Assembly (NCBI RefSeq): GCF_001194135.2
Contig: NC_068996.1
Span: 23,903,867-23,958,648, forward strand
Reading direction: 5' to 3'
From: Octopus bimaculoides
Taxonomy: Eukaryota
DNA length: 54,782 nucleotides
The notes below the pieces were generated by a model. The model had not been told where the DNA came from, ran no database searches, and saw nothing but the letters and a program-made list of their open reading frames with translations. Shown piece after piece: positions 50,048 through 54,782 of this stretch (position 1 is the first letter of the stretch; the number at the start of each line of letters is the position of its first letter). The position numbers and the translations under genes are program-made.

Positions 50048-51611
50048 ACACACATCTATCTATCAATCAGTGTGTGTGAATAATTACCCAAGAATGAGTA
50101 TTGTTTGATAACATGTAACAAACTGTTGCAAATTTTTTTCAGGTTTACAAATATTCACAATCACATAAGCTCACCCACCTCATAGTCCCTCCTTTTATTC
50201 TAGCAACACATCCAAGATGTGACAACTTGAAGGACAGAAAGACCTGCATCAGCACCCAGTTGCTACTCATTTTCAGCCAACTAGATGAGAACACTGTGAA
50301 ATAAGAAGTGCTTTGCTAAAAAAACTTGTCTAAGAATCAAACTCATAACATACTAGTTGTCAACCAATCACCTTAACCACTTATCCCATCCACATTTCAC
50401 ATTGTATTTTTTCTACTGACCCATGTCACCTATTTCCTTCCTTCACAGCTCCTACCCTAAACTGATATTTATTGTATCCGTCTCCATCCCATTTCTAATT
50501 TGACACACTCTTTTCACTCTAGCACACTTACCTACCCTCTCACATCTGTTTCTCTATCCTATTTTCTCTTTCATATTCACCTTGTACCTTGATCTCTCTC
50601 TCTCTCTCTCACACATTTCAGGTGGGAAAGTCATGTATTTACTTCTTGAGCAAGACACTTGCCCCTGTTCCCCATCATACTTTCATATTTCTTGATACTC
50701 AGCTGAAAGGACTTGTCTTGCAAGTATTCAGTGACCACACCTGTGCTTGTACCATAAAAAAAAGCACCCAGTAAACTCTGTGAAGTGGTTGGCATGAGAA
50801 AGAGCATCAAGCTGTAGAAACTATGCCAAAGCAGACATTAAACTGTTTTAATATGTAGTTATTCTGCCAATAAGTATTTCCCAGTATTTTCAACTCATAT
50901 AAAATATAATAACTACGATTATACTTTGAAGGACTGGTATATGCGAATGTATTTCATGAGGACACATTTTATAACTCTATTATCCAGACACACACACTTT
51001 AACTTTTGATGGAATTTATATCAAAATGTTTATAAAGATACAAACAATTAACATTAACTTAGAAAATCAATATGGAAATGATGTGAATTGTGCAAAAAAC
51101 TATTTCACTTAGTAGTTAATCAATTCATATCATGAAAAAATTAATACAGTAATATAAAATATTTAAAAGGATTTATCTAGACAACCCTTGTACATGTTTC
51201 CATAACAGATATTTAAAAAATAGATATCTATCATTTCGTCAGTTATAGAAATCTAGATGTTTAAAATGTAGAAGAATATACGTTGTTACAAACCATATGG
51301 TGATATAAAAAGCAAAACAAGACAGCTACACACATATACACATGTCTGGTCATCATCTCTAAGGAAACTAGTGATTGTCAGTGTTGATGAATGGTGTTTA
51401 GTATGATTCACAAATTTAAATAAGTTCACATGCCAAAGGGAAGACTAACATACTACCTGTATAATAGTCTAATTCATACACATTCAGCCTATTTATATAT
51501 TGTAAAATTGTCTGGGTTAAGAATATTTTTCACGGATAACTTGCAGTGATTGAATAAGCTCACTGCTTTATCAAACTGAGCTTGAATCATTATAACTATG
51601 GCTGTTCAATC

Positions 51612-51980
51612 TTTTATTTTTTACTTGTTTCAGTCACAAGACTGCATTCATGCTGGGGTACTGCCTTAAAGAATTTTTAGTCGAATGAATCAACTTGAGA
51701 TATATTTTTTTAAAGCTTGGGGCTTATTCTATCAGTTCCTTTAGCTGAACCTCTGGGTTATGGGGATGCAAACAAATCAACACTGGTTGCCAAGTGGTGG
51801 TGGGGAACAAACACAGACACAAATATATATATGACGGGCTTCTTTCATTTTCTGTCTACCAAATCTACCCACAAGACTTTGGTCAGCCCGAGGCCATAGA
51901 AGGCACTTGCCTGAGGGGTCACACAGTGGAACTGAACACAGAACCATGTGGTTAGGAAGTAAGCTTCTTACCACACAGCT
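51612..51980 (-). mobile_element. Family B SINE, near full length
   Basis: ttttacttgtttcagtc...gaaggcacttgcctgagg...ggaagtaagcttcttaccacacagc. Confidence 0.85.
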
Positions 51981-53767
51981 AAAAATCAAATATATATATA
52001 TATTGAAAAAAAAATAAAAAATTGGCTAAGCAAAAGAATGTCATCCTATCTTTTCTGATGAAACAAAACTGTGTCATCTTTTAGAGGAGCAACAGTGTCA
52101 CACAATCTTTTAAAAGCCATTTTAATAGAGCAAAATTATCATCACTTTTTAGTGAAATAAGGGTGTTTCTGTCATTAAAAGAAGTTCAGCTGTCTGCTGT
52201 CTTTTTTTTTCTATATCAATCATTTGTTACATTTATTTCTAAATCTCACATTCTATTCACAAATCACTAACTCTATCCCACTATCTTTGCAATGCTGTTG
52301 TATCAAACCTGACGATTCTCATTTGGGCCAAACTTTCATACCTTTTCATCTGTACTGGTCTCTCTGTCTCATATCACTTTATAATTGAGCTGTCTCAAAA
52401 GCACTAAATCATAACAAAGTTGCTACATTTACTGCCAAAACAAAAAAATTATGTGTGTGTGTGGGGGTTATTGAGGAAAAACTTATAATGCTCAATACTG
52501 ATTCAACTTAAACATCTTATTCAGAGCATTTCAAATTAGGTTTTGATATCTGGAATAAATTTTGACTCTACCATAGTGCTGAGTACCGAAACACGACAGA
52601 AAAGATGAGAGATAAACTTCCACCAGGATAGGGACACCAGTCTATCGCAAGTAATATTACTAGATGATCTGAGGGTATCTAGATAAACTAGGGCAATGTA
52701 GAATATAGTGTTGTGTATAGAAATGTAACAGAGAGAATGAGATAAATCTCCACTAGTATAAGACACAAGTCTATCACAAATAATATTACCAAATCTGGTG
52801 GTAGCTGGATGGACTACAAAAATATAAAACATAGTGAAGAATTTGAACTAGAAAAACAATAATATTCCTGAAATCAATCTGGACTTACAGATTTCTGAGT
52901 AAAGTAATCTAACAGCCTTACTCAGTCACCTAAGATTGTTATGTAGCTCTTAGAGTTGATAATAGCAACAATAGTAATGATGATGATGATATCTGATAAT
53001 TGCCAAAAAAATGATCCTGATGACCATTGATGATTTTGCTGCTAACTTCAAGCACTGATGTGATAGTTAGGAAGTTCCACAGAAAAGAGCACCCTTCTCT
53101 CTACCCACCACCCAATCAAAGCATTCATTTGAACGAGATTTCCTCCCTCCCTTCTGCAAATCTTAAGGCCTTTTAACCTTAAAATATGGTGAAACAAATA
53201 TAAAACACACACACACACACACATGCATCAATACAGAAACAAGGATACATGTATGTATACACACGTGTACATACATACATAATATACACATATACGTAAG
53301 TACATTTAATGCACTTGAGTACTGTATACAATAAGTTCATTATATACATATATATGTGTGTGTATGTTATATATAAATATCAGAATTGTACCTACATATA
53401 TCGATATTTTACACACACACACACACACACAATTTATGCAGGTTTGATTTAAAAATCAGATGTGGATATTTACATGCTGTCCCTACAACTCACCCACCAC
53501 CACCACCTCTCTTTCCACACACACACACACACTTCACCCAGTGAGGACATCTGGTGAAGCCCTCCTATATCAGAAAGTGGGGGTGGGATTAGTGTGGTGT
53601 GGGTGGCAGCAGTGGAAGGATGAGGAATCAAAGAAACATAAATGAACTAAGCATGATAACAGGGTAACATGATATTTCAGATGCCAGACACACCTAAGAG
53701 CTAATCTTAAGAATATTGGCAGTGGCAGATTCCCTTAATTTCTGTGGATTGTAACTTACAGTATAGC

Positions 53768-53917
53768 GGTGGTGGTGGTGGTGGTGGTGGTGGTGGTAGC
53801 AGAGGTTGGGGTGGAGGAGAGCAGGAGAGAAAAAAATAGAGGTGGGGGATTTAATCTACTGAAACCCCAATCATCATCACCACCACCACCACCACCACCA
53901 CCACCACCACCACCACC

Positions 53918-53957
<40 letters not shown>

Positions 53958-54115
53958 ACATCACTACCACACTGCTACTCTCAAGTCAGACACACCTGCA
54001 CATCATCACTACCATTATGAGTACCACCATCAGCACTAGTACTACTATTACACACAAGCACCATCAAGAGTGCTGCTACAACAACAACTACTACTACTAC
54101 TACTACTACAACCTC
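53768..54115. repeat. Trinucleotide block: (GGT)n, (CAC)n, (CTA)n, (ACA)n
   Basis: Directly visible. Confidence 0.95.
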
Positions 54116-54444
54116 CACAATTAATATCATAGGCACACACATATATACAGCCATCACTATTGCATACAAATACACAATACCACTACCATTGCTACTGAAA
54201 CGTCAATACCACACACATACATACACACCTGTACTACCACTAAGACTACACACACACACACACACACAATTTCACACCCACTCATTTGCTCACATTGACT
54301 GGCATCAATGAACATGAAATGAACAGAGTGAAGATGAGCAGGACTTAGCAGGAATGGTAAGTTAACAAATCAATGAGATGAAAGCATTAGGGTGATTATG
54401 ATTATGGCAGTGGTAGTGATAGTGGTATGTGAGATGTATGATCT

Positions 54445-54670
54445 TTTATCTTTCTACCTTTTACTTGTTTCAGTCATTAGATTGCAGCTAAGGTGGGGCA
54501 CCACCACCATGCAGGGCTTTATTGAAACAAATCAACCCTAGTGCTTTTTTTTTTTCTTTCTTCTTTTTTGTGTATTTTTTTTTTTGTATTTTGTAAGCCT
54601 GATACTTATTGGGAACATTATGGGAACCAAGATGATGGTGGGGGACAAACAAACAAACAAACACATACAC
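54445..54670 (-). mobile_element. Family B SINE 3' portion
   Basis: cttttacttgtttcagtc...ggggacaaacaaac. Confidence 0.75.
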
Positions 54671-54782
54671 TCACACACTATTTCATTAAAGCTGAAAAAA
54701 GCTTCACAAGCTGTTTACTCAGTTTCACATGACCATTTGGTAGGCAGTTGTGATAATACTATATATATATATATATATATAT

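Noticed and set aside
5849-53035. Other CTGATGA words (about 5849, 9325, 9461, 21548, 22779, 52055, 53027) as hammerhead cores
   Set aside because: None is followed by a stem II and GAAA at a workable distance.
53769-54175. Poly-Val/Pro/Leu ORFs
   Set aside because: Translations of trinucleotide microsatellites.

Overview
AT-rich eukaryotic DNA, dense in microsatellites, with seven N gaps. The repeat families look like those of octopus (recognised from memory, no database search). There is one real protein-coding segment: a Sprouty coding exon on the minus strand (27334-28347, 337 aa, NEY motif plus Cys-rich SPR domain), 12 nt downstream of a splice acceptor. The rest is intronic or intergenic: about 30 copies of a tRNA-headed SINE almost all on one strand, CORE-, V- and RTE-tail-type SINEs, decayed RTE and L1/Tx1 LINE pieces, a Tigger/pogo transposase fragment and TTAA-flanked MITEs. 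Best leads: (1) minimal type I hammerhead-ribozyme folds in a 237-nt tandem repeat (43510-43930, retrozyme/Penelope-like) and in a tRNA-headed SINE-like element (46325-46607); (2) a genomic Tyr (TAT) at a normally invariant SPR-domain Cys that one A-to-I edit would restore, with a fully pairable 38-bp intronic hairpin nearby; (3) a sharp CpG-retention boundary recorded in SINE copies. None is experimentally shown. SINE copy boundaries are approximate unless a TSD is given.
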